DNA of 64,000 nucleotides from Phoronis australis (taxonomy: Eukaryota > Animalia > Phoronida): the NCBI GenBank assembly GCA_002633005.1, contig NMRA01000693.1, positions 62,001 through 126,000 of the forward strand, given 5' to 3'. Below, piece after piece: positions 37,201-49,840 of this stretch (within the stretch, counting starts at the first letter, position 1; every line of letters starts with the position of its first letter). Below the pieces are notes generated by a model. It made no database searches. It had not been told where the DNA came from and saw only the letters and a program-made list of their open reading frames with translations. Both the position numbers and the translations under genes were made by a program.

Positions 37201-40200
37201 GGCATTTCAAGCCGTTTGCATTGAAGTTCAGAATCAACGTTTCCAGCTAAAGTCACCCTTTCTCCCTGTTTATAATACAAAGATCAAATTTGCTTATACG
37301 ATACACCACTAGGGACTTATCATCTTCGCTATTCGGCAAATCCCACGATGGCAATGAGGTGATAGAAAGAAGGACTGAGGTTTTGTGGCAATCCTGGACA
37401 AAGTTAAACACACAGAAACCTAGATCTGCACATGTGCAATATACATCACTTTCCCATCTGAGTTGAAATGATTCGACTATGCATTCAAAATTCACAAGGT
37501 AGAAATTGGTCTAGGTTAAATCGATTCGAAACCACCTCCCTGAATGGGTACACACGTTTCCTATAGAGATAATAATGAACCTAAAACCAATTTTGAAATG
37601 ATCTAAAAATTTCAATCCAAACAAACCTTTTGCTGCTTTTCCTTCTCAGCTAACTGCTTCTTCAATTTTTCAATCAGATTCTTCATCGTAGTCGTCGGAG
37701 CTTTCACGTTAGCCTCTTTCTGAAGTTCTAGTTCATGGTTGAGCTGCTCAATCTCCAGTTTTTGGTTTGCAACCTCTTCGGTGAGGACGCTGATTTCTTT
37801 GGTAGAATTGGCCTGTGCTTTTTCATGTTCATCTTTTTGTCTTGAAAGAGAATAACACACCACAGTGATATAGTAACAAGTAATTATTAATTCTACAGTA
37901 CACAGCATGTAAGACAAATAAGAGTCACAAGCTAATCCATTACAAATTTGATGTCAACTAAAACCACTTGTTTAATTCACATTGCATGTAATTATAGCAA
38001 AAACTGAATACCGTTTGGAATCAAAGTGGCATAACAATACAATGATGTTTTTAACAACATCACAACTGTTTTACAATTGACTGGATTTCTTTCATATTGA
38101 ATTTAAGAACATTTGTGGATCAGACTTTTTTACAATCTTTAATTCCTACAAATTAAACAAATTATAGACCCAGCCCTTTCATCGACGATTAAGGCATTAA
38201 TTGTCAGTTTAGAGTTGAATTAGAGTGATACCATTGTTAATCCCTTGTAATGACTGTCACGAAAGTGTGACATGCATCCATAAACAATGTTCATTTTAAG
38301 AGGATATTATTAAATAAATCCTCACAGATACGCGTTCTGTGTTTTTATATTTCAAAAGACTAAAAAAATTATTATCTGTACAATCATTAATTTGTAAGAG
38401 GTGATTCTATGTCTTTTGGTGACTAAGGCTCACCACATTTCCAGAGAACCTTGAAGCGCATGATCATTGCTGTACGTAATTTGGCAAAGGACTATGTTAA
38501 TTAATTACAGCAAAATTTTCAAAACATAATAAATTAACAAATAACATGTCTGACAAATAGTGCAGAGTTTGTCTTGAGATATTTTAAAAAAACGATGATT
38601 ATGAAGATAATGGCATTGCCCAGGAATAAGTACAGGCAAGGTTGAGGTGCCAAGTAGTTCTATGTTCGCTTGATCCAGCTGGTGACTGCAGAATCAGCCA
38701 GACTTGAAACTGTCGTGGCTCACTGGCTGCACAACAAATTGAGCAAGTAAATTTGAGCGAAAATCTAGATTGGCTTCTGAATCATCTGTTATTTTTTGAC
38801 TGACCTTCTTGCGAAAAAAGTTTGAAGAAATTTGAAGTAATTTCTGGCAACAATGCTTACGGCAGAACTACGTAAACAGTGCAGGAGTCCCCCAAATTCT
38901 CATTGCTAACAAAATGCATTTTGTTTAGATGAAGCAAAACTGCATGTTAATGTAACTATATTCAAACCATTTTGTATTAATCATGTACATCTAAATTGTA
39001 CCCACACAACTGCACGTTTTTTTTTTACTTCAAATAAAACATGATTCCACTTGTGTTTTCTTGTTGTTTCGCAGTAAAGATTTTTCTCGACTTCGAATGA
39101 ACGTGACTATTACATCACTGGAAATGGCACCTGTGCACTTTTACCTACACAATGTAAAATGTGTCAATATTGTTGTTGAAAATTTGTCAAAAAAGTTGCA
39201 TTTTTCTACTGTAGCATATTTCTGTCGTTGCATATTTCTACCCTTGCAAATTTCTGCCGTTGCATATTTCTGCCGGTTGCAAATTTCTGCCGCTGCATAT
39301 TTCCGCCGTTGCACATTTCTGCTGTTGTATAGTTCTGCCATTGCATATTTCAGCCAATGCATACTCCTGCCGTAACATAACCAAAATTGAATAAAATTAT
39401 CAAGAATCTCATCAAAGTATGATACAATTCCGATGAAAGTTTCTTTGGAAGCTCAATAGATGGCGCTTCTTGTGAAAGATGGTATTTGCTAGTCAAAGAA
39501 AGCTACATATATATTATTAGTGCCAAAAGGCTGACGTGAAGAACGTCCAGCTCACTAGAAAATAGTTCCATGAATTGATGCCTGACTGACACAACAGACC
39601 ACCTGTGAAACTTTAGTTGTGTTTACTTGTGCCTTGCAATAAGACACCAGTGAAGAAACATTACTGGCCTTATCAAGAGCTTATTAATGCTCTACTGTAT
39701 AAATCAATATCACTGCACATTTTCTGAACTGATCAAACCAGCAACCTAGATCTATTTGTCTGAATTGACTGTGAAGAGAAGTTCTTTGCTCAAGAATTAA
39801 ACAGTTTACCATTTGCAAAATGAACCAGAGCCCTGCTTATGCCACTTTCACGACTGTTTTACAAACAATAACAGTTTTGACTTACTTCTTGTTTTCTGCT
39901 GCCAAGTTCTTCAGCGTCCTTTCGTACTTTTTCTTCCAACTCTCTGTCTCGTGATTAGCAGCCTTCAATTTATCCGTCAACTTGGCCATGGCGTTGTCCT
40001 GCTCAGCTAAAGTGTCCTCTAGTTCGTTGAGACGGGCCAGCTGCACACAGAACCATACAAAAGTGAATTTTAAAATATTGAAATTAAGCCCTAACACAAA
40101 TTAGTGAAATAATTCAATCTGTCTATGTGAGACTGAGTCACCTATCATTAAGTCATTGATAGGCAATGCTGCAGTGGAACAGCAACTCTGACCATCCAAA

Positions 40201-43200
40201 GACAAATTAGAAACAGACATGCATTTAAGTTACCTATGAGCAATATAGCTTAACCTTTCACTAACATGCAGTGTAAGTAAAAAGCATTCAGACAAAACAA
40301 CACAGAATTCCCCTCATGAAGGCAGAAGGCAAATTCATGGTCAGAATAATCTTTCCCTCATAATGGAGAATGCATTGAAATTTACAGGAAAGTTAGTAAG
40401 GTGGTTAAGCCATTCTGTAATTAGAATTTTGCCACCACAATAGTTATTACCACACAGTTTTGCTGTTAACAGAATTAGCAGTGATGACGGGAAAACAGCG
40501 GCTGGCCTGATTAAGTTTATTGTCTGGTACTGTATTTCAAGACATGACTCCTTTAAAGGAACTGGTGAACTACTTACATTTCAGAGAAGTGTAACATATC
40601 ACACAAATTCTTAACTGACATTGAAACTCTACTTTTTGCCAGATTTTCTTTTAATTATTGCTTACCTTGTGGAACGTGGTAAACAACAACATGGCTGTGC
40701 AATAAAAAGATGACAAGAAGCCATTAAATTTTAATCTTGTTCAGTAACTAATCACCTATCATGGTTGTTTCCTGCTGAAAACCAAATGGAACCGGTCCAT
40801 CAGTCAAACACAACAAACAATATACAAATTGAACAAGTCTACCTGTTTGTTAGTGGGCAGCGCCGGTTGCTCCTTGCTGATCACCTGATGGGCGGCCTCA
40901 CGGAACTTGTTAAAAGCAGCATCATTCTTAGAGTGTAGTCTCTCCTGCATCTGTGTCAGTTCACGCTCGTGTCTGCGGTTCAACTCCTGCATGTCGTCAC
41001 GTGTCTGCTTCAGCAACTCCTGGTACTTTTGTAACGTCTCCTCCTTCTGCTGCAGACGAGCCTGGAAAGAAATGGAAGATGGTGGATTACCAAACAAGCC
41101 TGGTAAGAAATGGAAGACACTGAATTACCAGATGAGCTTGGCAGAAAATGGAAGATGGTGGATTACCAAACGAGCATGGTAAGAAATGGAAGACATTGAA
41201 TTACCAGATGAGCTTGGGTGGAAATGGAAGACTTTGGATTACTAGGACAGGCAAAAATGGAAGACGTTAAACTAGATGAGCTCGTTAAGAATGGAGGACA
41301 TTGGATTAATCACATGAGCCTGGCAAGATGGAAAACGTTGAAACAATAGGCCTCCAACTTTTTACAAGATACAAGATGCAAGTAAATTTAATGACGATTG
41401 AATGAAAGATGCAGTCTGTAGCACAACAAATGTGCAACGAGTAATTAGTCAACAAAATAAGTCATCTGACTAGTAAATCTCAAATACTTTGAGAAAGGTA
41501 AGTCGGAACAAGAAACGGATAATGATATATGACAAATAGCGCTTGCTGAGATATATCCACATAATTATACTGATCTGCAAAGCGAAGAATGGAAAAATGG
41601 CCACGGCTGTCATTTTGAGTTTGATTTAAACAAAAAATGCTAGGCCTTAACGAATTAGTGAGACACGTTGTTTGTTATATTTCAAGGTGATCAGATCAGA
41701 AAATAATGTGACCTATAGAGTGCTACAATAGATCAACAAAACAGCAGTGACGAACTAGACAATAAAGAACAATCATCTAACCAATAAATCTCCATCTTGA
41801 AAATGGCAAGTCACATCGAAAAACAGATAGCATGATGCAGAAAGTGCTTGACAAGATCTAGTCACCTACAAAAATTTGGAAAAATTTTCCAAGGACACTG
41901 TAGATATGGAACGAAAACTCAAATTAAAGACTAAGGCTACCAAAAATGTCAAAGAACTCGACAGCAGTAAGTTGTAGTCGAGATAAGTGTAATACAGATG
42001 GCGCATGAAAAGATCTATCCAGACACAACATTTTTGAAAGATCCCTCGATGAATGCCCGAGATACGGGCTTCACAAACCTAAACATCAAAAATGTCAACT
42101 TGTGTCCCATCTGAACCGAAAAAAATAAGCCTCGGTATATCAACAAGACATAAGTTGTATGTAAATTTCATGTCGATCGGATCATAACTGCAGCCTGTAG
42201 CATGTGAAAAAACAAACAAACTTAACCAACAAGTGAAGATGACTGGAACAGAATAGAAGACATTGAAACTTGCCATCAATTTTGAATGACAACTAGAATG
42301 TAAAATACCTAGCTACACATTTCATACTCTGTGATGTTGTTTTAAAATAAATAATGTAACTTGTTCTTGGACCACTATGGCAACAACTAAAAAATTAAGA
42401 ATCAATGTCGATTCATCACGAGTTTTACAGCATAAAATTGGGCCAGCTACAGCCTCATACATCCATCTGTGAGCCACAAATGCATATTCTCTGCCACATT
42501 ACAATTCTAGTATTTAAAGACCAACGCACTCAACCACAGCACCAGAGGTGCTGACCACCGGAGAGAATGACCCAACAGTCCAAGATTACCTGCAGACTAG
42601 AGATAGTAGACTGTGCCACCTTCAGGGCCTGCTTGGTCTCGTAATCTTCCTCCTTGGCTGCCACTGTGGCAGCACTGGTTGCCTTAAGGATCATCTCGTC
42701 ACGCTCTGCTGTCGCTGGCAGACGCATGCGCAACTCAGCAATCACCTTGTCACGTGATATCAGATTGGTTTCAGCTTCCTTCAGTAGTACTTGTAACTCT
42801 TCAATTTTCTACAATCAAACATTTATTATTAAGTTATTAAACACAATTGCTCATAACTAAAGAAACAGGCAAGTCGGCCTTCTTTTTGAAATGTATGTGC
42901 ATGAAAGAATTTGTTGCCACTAAAGTTCAATTTAAATGTTGAACCACATGATTTTTCAAAACTGTGAAATCATAAAATTAAATCGTAGCAGATGGGCTAA
43001 TACGGTTCTTTTTATTTCACAATTAAGATAGAAAACTAAGAGGTTTTACTGACTGAATGAGTGGATGAATGAGCGTACGAAAAAAAAACGTTGCATGTCT
43101 TGCCCTGGTACGAAAAAAATAAAATAAAAATCAACTTCCAACAAAATAAGCACACATCTAATCTACTAAACGAATTACATGCCACAAATATCACGCAAAA

Positions 43201-46200
43201 ATGACCCAGATTTTCTAGATTACATTGGGTGAGTTCTGTGTGAACATCAGAAAGATGCTATAAGACACTACTCAACTGAACCAAAAGATCTGCTGATAGC
43301 CAGCGACACTACAACATAAACCCCTAGGCACCAACAGGCCAGGAATATGAGGCACCTTTTTAAGGGTCTTGGATTCTGCCTGGGTCTCCAAGATAATGCG
43401 GACATTGTTCTTGATGGTGGATATGGCTGTCTCCAGCTGGCTGGCAATGGGCAGTGATGGATCTGGCAAGGTACCAGCAGCTTCTTCAAACTGGAACAGA
43501 CCAATACAACAAAGAAAGCTTCAGTTGATAGAACTGAATGATAGATGACACTATGAACCAGAAAGGGAAACTGGTGCGAAGGCAATCTATAGTAACTGTC
43601 AAATGTGCTTTTTAGTTGATTTTTACTTGTATGTTCAGAGTTCATTATGAGCTGGAAGGGACCCACTGGTGCAAAGGTCATCGTACTTCAAAAGCTTAAT
43701 CTGCTCCTACAGTACGCTAGTTAACTATAGAAATTGCTTCCAGGAAAACACAGATACTGTAATTCACGGAAGGGTTTTCGATTGAATGCCACTTTCAGCC
43801 GCCAGTTTTTAACTAAACATGTTGTCCTGAGATAATTTAGTAAAACTAGCCACTAAGGTGGTGCAAAATACATCAAATCCACTTGACAATGTGAAGTTGG
43901 CCTCAATTTCCTAACTGATACCTATCTGCTATTAAATATTACATAAAAATCCATTACGGAACACTGAAGATACAGAGCCAAACATAAAAAACTCAAAATG
44001 CCACTAGGGCGCACACCGCTAGTCATATCCATCCAAAAATTACCTCATGCCGTTCCATCCATCAAAGGAACATATCAGTAAAATTTCATGAACATACATC
44101 AAACGATTTTGGAGATACAGCATCAGAGATCAGCCGGACAAAGGACGGATGGACGGAGATGACAGCATAATGTGCTCACATATAACTACAAACGTCGCCA
44201 CAGTAGTCGAACCCGTTCAGAAATCAGTGTCAATGCGGTCTTCTCATCAGCAAAACATCTGTCAATTTTCATAACGATCCTTTGAACAATGCACTTGAGC
44301 AGACAGGAAGGTGGATGTAAGAAATGTACTCAAAAATTTTTAAAATAGCCAGCAGGTGGTGGAGAATACGTCAAAAACAAAAAATTGCCACTAGGAGTAA
44401 CCATGGCAGGTGAACTCATCTGAAAATTACTGTCAGTCGTGGTCCTCTCATCAGGAACACATCTGTCAATTTTCATACTGATCCTTTGGGCAGTTTGGCG
44501 GATAAGACGGAGGACGTCAAAAACGATACTCAAAATTGCCACCAGGTGGTGCAGAATACATCAGATTAGTCCGAAAACGGGAAGACATCAAAGGAACCCA
44601 CAGCCATGATTTACAACTGTGTGCAAAATTCTAAGCCACTATGCAGACTAGTAACTCCCTCCAAGTCCAAAATGTAGAGAGACAACCACTTCCTGCTGGT
44701 GAATTCCGAGTAAATATAGACAATGTTCTAATTTAGCACAACAAACTTGAACTAAAACAAGGGCTTATAAATTTCTGATAGAATTCTTGTGGAATTAAAC
44801 TTTAAACAAATATTCACATCAATCACAAGTGTTTGCCCTGGATGTAGGCATACATGATGTTATGGAATGCGTCCTTTTATTAGCTCGTGCAGACTTCTAA
44901 TATTTCACATTATTAACCAAATTGAATGAGTGTAATGCTTACTTAAAATAATAACAACCTTTAGTACTTAATTACTTCATAATTATAACCAAATGTGAAA
45001 AGAACAAGTCCAATTGAAAGCATTTATGACTGTTACGGTTATTTGAAATTTTGAGCTTGGCAACCCCCAACTGTGATCAGAGACAATTTTACGGTAATCA
45101 TGATATGTGCTGTTAGCTTCTAACATGACTTTGCTATTAAAATTTTGTCCAACTGACTATGAGCTGTGTGTCAGCATGCTCCAGTCAATGTAAATTACAT
45201 GTGCTGAAAGTCAACAAACATTTCAGCCTTTGAAAACATCTATTTCTATGTAATCATATGATGGAGCTTTGAACTCAAAGAGTGGTTTCTAATTTAAGGT
45301 TGATGTGTAAAAACAAATCTGACACCAGGAACCAGACGACAATGAAGACTTGAAAGACTGTCGAGTACGGTGATGTCCTCATGACACAGTGGGTAGTCAT
45401 ACCTTGCAAGGATATAACCCAGGATCGGATCGCGATGAAATGTCCAGTTTTTCAGAAAATGTTTTTAAAAAGAATATATTTTGCACCCCCACTGTGGGAT
45501 GAGTATCTCGATTTCACTGAGTGGCTAGTTGGGATACAGCCGTGTCGTTATCAGTTTGACAGTGACAGCAAGGGGAGAAAGTTGGCAAACCAGTGTTTAC
45601 ATAGTCCAGCTCTCTCATTATCAGCGTTCACATGATAAGCTCAGACACGCAATCCAGCAATTGGTGTAATTAGTTTACCTGACGCTAACTGATGTTTAAG
45701 AATCAATACTATTTCCAAACGGCGTTCAAGAAATGCTGTGAAGATGTGTTTTGTATGAAATACTAACACCAAAATACTTTGGAGAAAAAAGGTTGACTTT
45801 CAGAAAAATTAAGACTTCACTTTAACCAGCTCATTCTTTTGTGTTACTGTAAGCTCTGACCCGCTTTCTACCACAGCATTGTGTACCAACACAATAAGCT
45901 TGTTTGTCAAGTTTTTTCCAAGCGTGATACTAGATCAGATCGTGATGTTGAAAATTTCTTGGTTTTAACAGTCAACAAGTAAAGCAACAGGCAGCGTTAC
46001 CGCAGCAGTTGGCATTACCAGTAATCTGTTACCACAGCAGCAGTCATTGACCAGGAAATATTGATCACTGTTGGGTTTAAACATTCCATCATCTGTCCAT
46101 CATATATCCAAACTTGTCTAACATAACACATCTTCAGAAAGGTGATGCAATCATTTGTTCTGTGACTGCTCATTTCTCAGAATACTTCATGATGACATCT

Positions 46201-46345
46201 TTAAGAGGGCAGTCATGTCAGGTGTCCTTGCTCTTACCTTTGACGCAGCTCCTGCTATCTCCGACTGTTGCTTCTCCATGCCAGCAATGATTCGCTCCAA
46301 TTCCACTTCTCTCTGCTCCCATTGTAACTGCCTCTCTTCAAAGCC
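19296..46345 (-). CDS. CEP290: CEP290 (centrosomal/transition-zone coiled-coil protein), C-terminal 1087 aa; 5' exons lie beyond the window
   Basis: 22 phase-compatible GT-AG exons in transcription order: 46238-46345, 43356-43490, 42590-42808, 40843-41061, 39886-40040, 37627-37840, 35033-35170, 34599-34713, 33849-33958, 33532-33663, 32692-32837, 32034-32178, 31110-31241, 30794-30928, 25255-25353, 24827-24991, 24552-24674, 23775-23996, 22147-22239, 21212-21382, 19938-20063, 19296-19457. Signature peptides: PDPSLPIASQLE, SRDKVIAELRMRLPATAER, KAPTTTMKNLIEKLK, RWEESKKWQ, ELEKTIGLLKKVVE, DSKGWKSVVVTRMYE, FFEEIEDLKYNY. Confidence 0.96.
22741..23435. repeat. 25-bp minisatellite, about 28 copies, in a CEP290 intron
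   Basis: Unit tttagagactaagatac(act/gcc/gct/acc/gtc)ggg(t/a)a repeated head to tail with no unique spacers. Confidence 0.97.
27930..28160 (-). repeat. About 82-bp degenerate tandem repeat (3 copies) resembling part of CEP290 exon 30794-30928
   Basis: gcaagcct anchors at 27975, 28059 and 28140. atgtctttcttggcct at 28042-28057 is identical to exon bases 30807-30822. Minus-strand translation ENEYLMVEFEACEAKKDI versus exon EENIELRFEASQAKKDM. Confidence 0.7.
28330..29223 (+). mobile_element. 5'-truncated L1/Tx1-like LINE 3' end (zf-RVT/CCHC region, 3' UTR, poly(A))
   Basis: ORF 28552-29037 contains FKYMLLHNRVYTNSLLYKMK...DKCPYCNLVQSTEHMFFLC, typical of the L1/Tx1 ORF2 C-terminus. AATAAA at 29202 is followed by an A-tail. 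Left boundary approximate. Confidence 0.8.
33781..33847. repeat. 27-bp tandem duplication abutting a CEP290 splice donor
   Basis: aacttagctatgttatcaaccaatcat x2 plus a partial copy, ending at the donor of exon 33849-33958. Confidence 0.8.
35429..36549. mobile_element. Helentron-type non-autonomous repeat with an internal ~150-bp tandem array, each unit carrying a CTCF-like motif
   Basis: Terminus aacaag + hairpin caacgcgaagtgttg. Motifs ccactag(g/a)(g/a/t)gg at 35618, 35770, 35916, 36061, 36218, 36367. Degenerate ggac-type microsatellite and palindromic tatgca...tgcata at the other end. Other copies at 7280, 43850, 49841, 62379. Confidence 0.75.
38854..39377. mobile_element. MITE-like element with TG...ACA termini and an internal 16-bp tandem repeat
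   Basis: Imperfect TIR tgcttacggcagaactacg versus reverse complement of the right end tgttacggcaggagtatgc. About 11 copies of gcatatttctgccgtt at 39197-39377. Confidence 0.6.
41058..41345. repeat. ~38-bp tandem repeat (7-8 units, A/B alternation) that includes the splice acceptor of CEP290 exon 40843-41061
   Basis: aaatggaaga anchors at about 41070, 41108, 41147, 41184, 41223 and 41256. The first unit spans the intron-exon junction. Confidence 0.85.
43850..44580. mobile_element. Degenerate copy of the CTCF-motif-array repeat family
   Basis: ccactagggcgc (44001), ccactaggagt (44388), ccaccaggtggtgc (44539), ggacggatggacgg microsatellite, and aattttcat units shared with 35429-36549. Confidence 0.65.
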
Positions 46346-49300
46346 CTGCAGAACAAGAAATGTATACAATAGAAAAGTTCTAATATTCATGTCTCAAAAT
46401 GGTCTTTTACTTGGTGGCGAGTTGACCATGTCGAGTCGGGTGACCATGTAAATGCTGGTTATCACTGCGACCACTCACTGCAGCGTAAAATTTGTTGATA
46501 CTAGGAAGAACAGGAAGTAAATTGTAGGATGCCGACCAACAAAATCATTAACTTATTCAACATCTTAAGCCCACAGCAAACTACGCAACATAAATCATAG
46601 GGATTGTTACAAGCTTTTCCCCCCAAACATACACGGGATTCATTTCCATTTAACTTAAAAGTAGTCTCATGACTTTAATCTTGTCAAACATAACCATATA
46701 ATATTGCTGCTTGACAGGATGAGAGACTAAATGCACACTCAACAGGTGGAATGAGACTTGCACTCACGTAATGTAGTGAGTGCAGGCTTTACATTTCCCT
46801 TTTCAACAGAAATTCTTGACACTCACTTTTAATTGCCAGGCATGAGAGGAGCAAGACAATATGAAAGGTGCCACAGGGTTGGTTTCGCATGGCTATTTTG
46901 AAGGAGTCAAAGCACAGTCAAATTACCTAATGGACAGTATTGACAAAACCCTTGCTGTTGCAAGTAGTGACATATGCATGATGTTAACCTTTTGAATCCT
47001 TTTCATAAATTACGGCAGACCATTGATGCTCTAAGCTCCATTTATAGACACCCGATTGACTCGCGCGTCACCGAAAAGTGCGAAAGTTGATCCATATTGT
47101 ATGGTTAGATTGCTGCTCTGGTAATCTATTCCATAGTGGAAAAAACAACTTTCAATGAAACAATTTCACAGTTTTTGAAATTATTGGTCCAGGCGTGATA
47201 ACGTAATCGTCCATGGCTTGAAAGAAGAAAACAATGAATCATGGGAAATGTCTGAAGTTCTTGTAGTAAATCTTGCCAAAGAGCATTTAGGTATTGATAT
47301 TCATGTTGAGAGGGCACACAGACAGGGAAAAAATAAGTAGAAAGACCCGTACGATCATTGCTAAGGTATCTTCTAAAGATAAGATCAACATTTTGAAGAA
47401 ACGCAAAAACCAACAAAACCCAGCCATCCACATAACCGAAGATTTCTCAGTTAGAGTGTCAATGCCAGAAAGGAACTGTATAAATTATCGAAGGAAAACG
47501 ACATGAAAAATGCAAGCATAAGATATGACAAACTCATTCACGATAGGAAAACTTATATATATGACGACGACAACAAGAGAGTGTTTGAATGCAACAGATA
47601 GGTTCTCCTCTGTACACAAACGGCATATATATCCTTGATGAACTGGAACGCACATAGTCTCGCGAAAAAAATTGGACAATCTGAGGTTCTTGACTTTATA
47701 TCTAGGTATCATGTAGTAGCAGTCAGTGAAACATGGACAAATAAACAAAATCAGTTTAGTGTACCAGGCAATGTAAGTTTTGACGTGCAAAACATAAAGA
47801 GAAGAAATTTTGGAAGAAACTCCGGAGGAGTGAGTGTATTTATCAAACATGAATTAGGAAAAAATATTTTAGACGTTTGAAGGTTGATCATATTCATGGC
47901 GTAGTCTTGAAGGGCGACAAAAGGTTGTTTTAAGACGGACAACAATGTTATTATTTGCTTTATATATGTAGCTCCAGAGGCGTCGCCAGTGTATGAAAAC
48001 ATCGCATACAAGAATGGAGTAACACTGCTTGGCCAGGAGTTGTTGAATTTGTCTCAGAAGTTTTCTGATTGTCATTTTGTTGTCATGGGTGACTAACAAA
48101 AGCTAGAGTAGGAAACTTGCAAGACTATATTTTGGATGACAGTGCGGATTTCTTACCAAGTCAAGATTGGTACGACAGTGACATTTGTTCAACCAGGCAG
48201 TCTAAGGATGAAACTGTAGATAATTTTGGCAAAACTTTAACTGAGATGTGTTGTGACTTAAATATGCATATTGTTAACAATAGGAGTCAGAATGATAAAC
48301 ATGGCGTCATGTCACGCATCAGGTGGTTGTAGCACTGTAGACCGTTTGATCGTACCAACAAGTCTACTTCAACATATTTCAGATTTTAGTGCAGACATAT
48401 TTGACGAGTCTGATCATTTTCCTAATGCTGGTAATGTTGCAGGTAATTGTGTCTATGACAGTCGTTGTAGCGTTAGCCAATCAACATCACAACTGCACTC
48501 GCCTGGAGTGGGATAGTAGCCGCGTAGCTGAATTCCATGAATTGTTCTCAAATTGCCCATCAGAAAGACAAGTCTAATAATAATTAAACAGATTGTTGGA
48601 GGCGACATAGAAAGTGCAACAGATGGTGTCACAAATCTGTTTAAACAAACTGCTACATTGATGACAATATTTAGAAATAAAAGTGTTTATGATAAACGGC
48701 AGAGCAAACAAACCCCTTTGTGGGACAAAGAATTACAAACTGCAAAAAAATCTAAAAAAACACTCCTTGAATACTTTTCAGAGAGACTGACCTCCCCTGG
48801 AAAATTGGCAGTATACAAAGAAAATAAGAAACAATTTTGCACGTTATACAAAGAAAAAGAAAAAGATCATCAATTGAAGTTGCTAGCAAATATTTGAATT
48901 CCAAAGCAATTCTGGGCTCTGGTAAAATCAAATTTTAATAGTAGACCGAAGGAAACTTTGATAACTTCAGAACGGTGGTACAAGTATTTTAATTTGTTGC
49001 TCAATGAACGGATGGAACCAAGCGACACCATGTCAAATGCGGTCTAAGACAAGAAAATCATGACAATTATTGTGATGCTTGTGATGAAAAATTTACCCAC
49101 TGATATGAACACTTGTTTCTCATGTGAGGAAACTGACTGCGCTATAATGGATCTTCCAAACGGCAAAGCAGCCGGCATTGATCAGGTTTGAGATTTTCAA
49201 GAATTTATCGAAGTCCTAAATAATACCTAAAATATTAGAGGGATTGATATCAATGAAGATTCACCGGAAGTCAAATTGCTGTTGTATGCTGATGACATGG

Positions 49301-49840
49301 TTCTGTGTTCGAGCACTCAAATTAATTTGCAAAGAATGTTAAGCTGCCTTTATGATTATTTGTCTTCTTGGAGCATGAGTGTAAATCTGAAAAAACTAAG
49401 ATCATAGTTTTCAGAAATGGCCGGCCACTCAGAGCATATGAGAAGTGGTATTAGGGAAATCAAGTAGTGAAGTTTGTCTCCCAATATAAATATCTTGGAA
49501 TATTGTTTACACCAAGATTAGTTTGGTCCAAAGCCACTAAAACTCTGGCAGTAAAGCTGCTATGTCTATCTGTACAAATAGAAACCGGTGCACAGAATCA
49601 CCATTGAGCCTATCACTTGAACTACTTGATAAAATTGCTAAGCCAACTATGCGCTACTGTGCGGAAATCTGGAGATTCAAAGAATATGAATGGCTTGAAA
49701 ATGTATATCTTAAATTCTGTAAAATTGCTCTTGAAGTTGGAAACCCTTGCTCAAACGCAGCTGTATAGGGTGAATATGGAATATATCCACTCTATGCAAG
49801 GTACTACGTCACATATGTAAAATATTGGCTTAAGTTCTTG

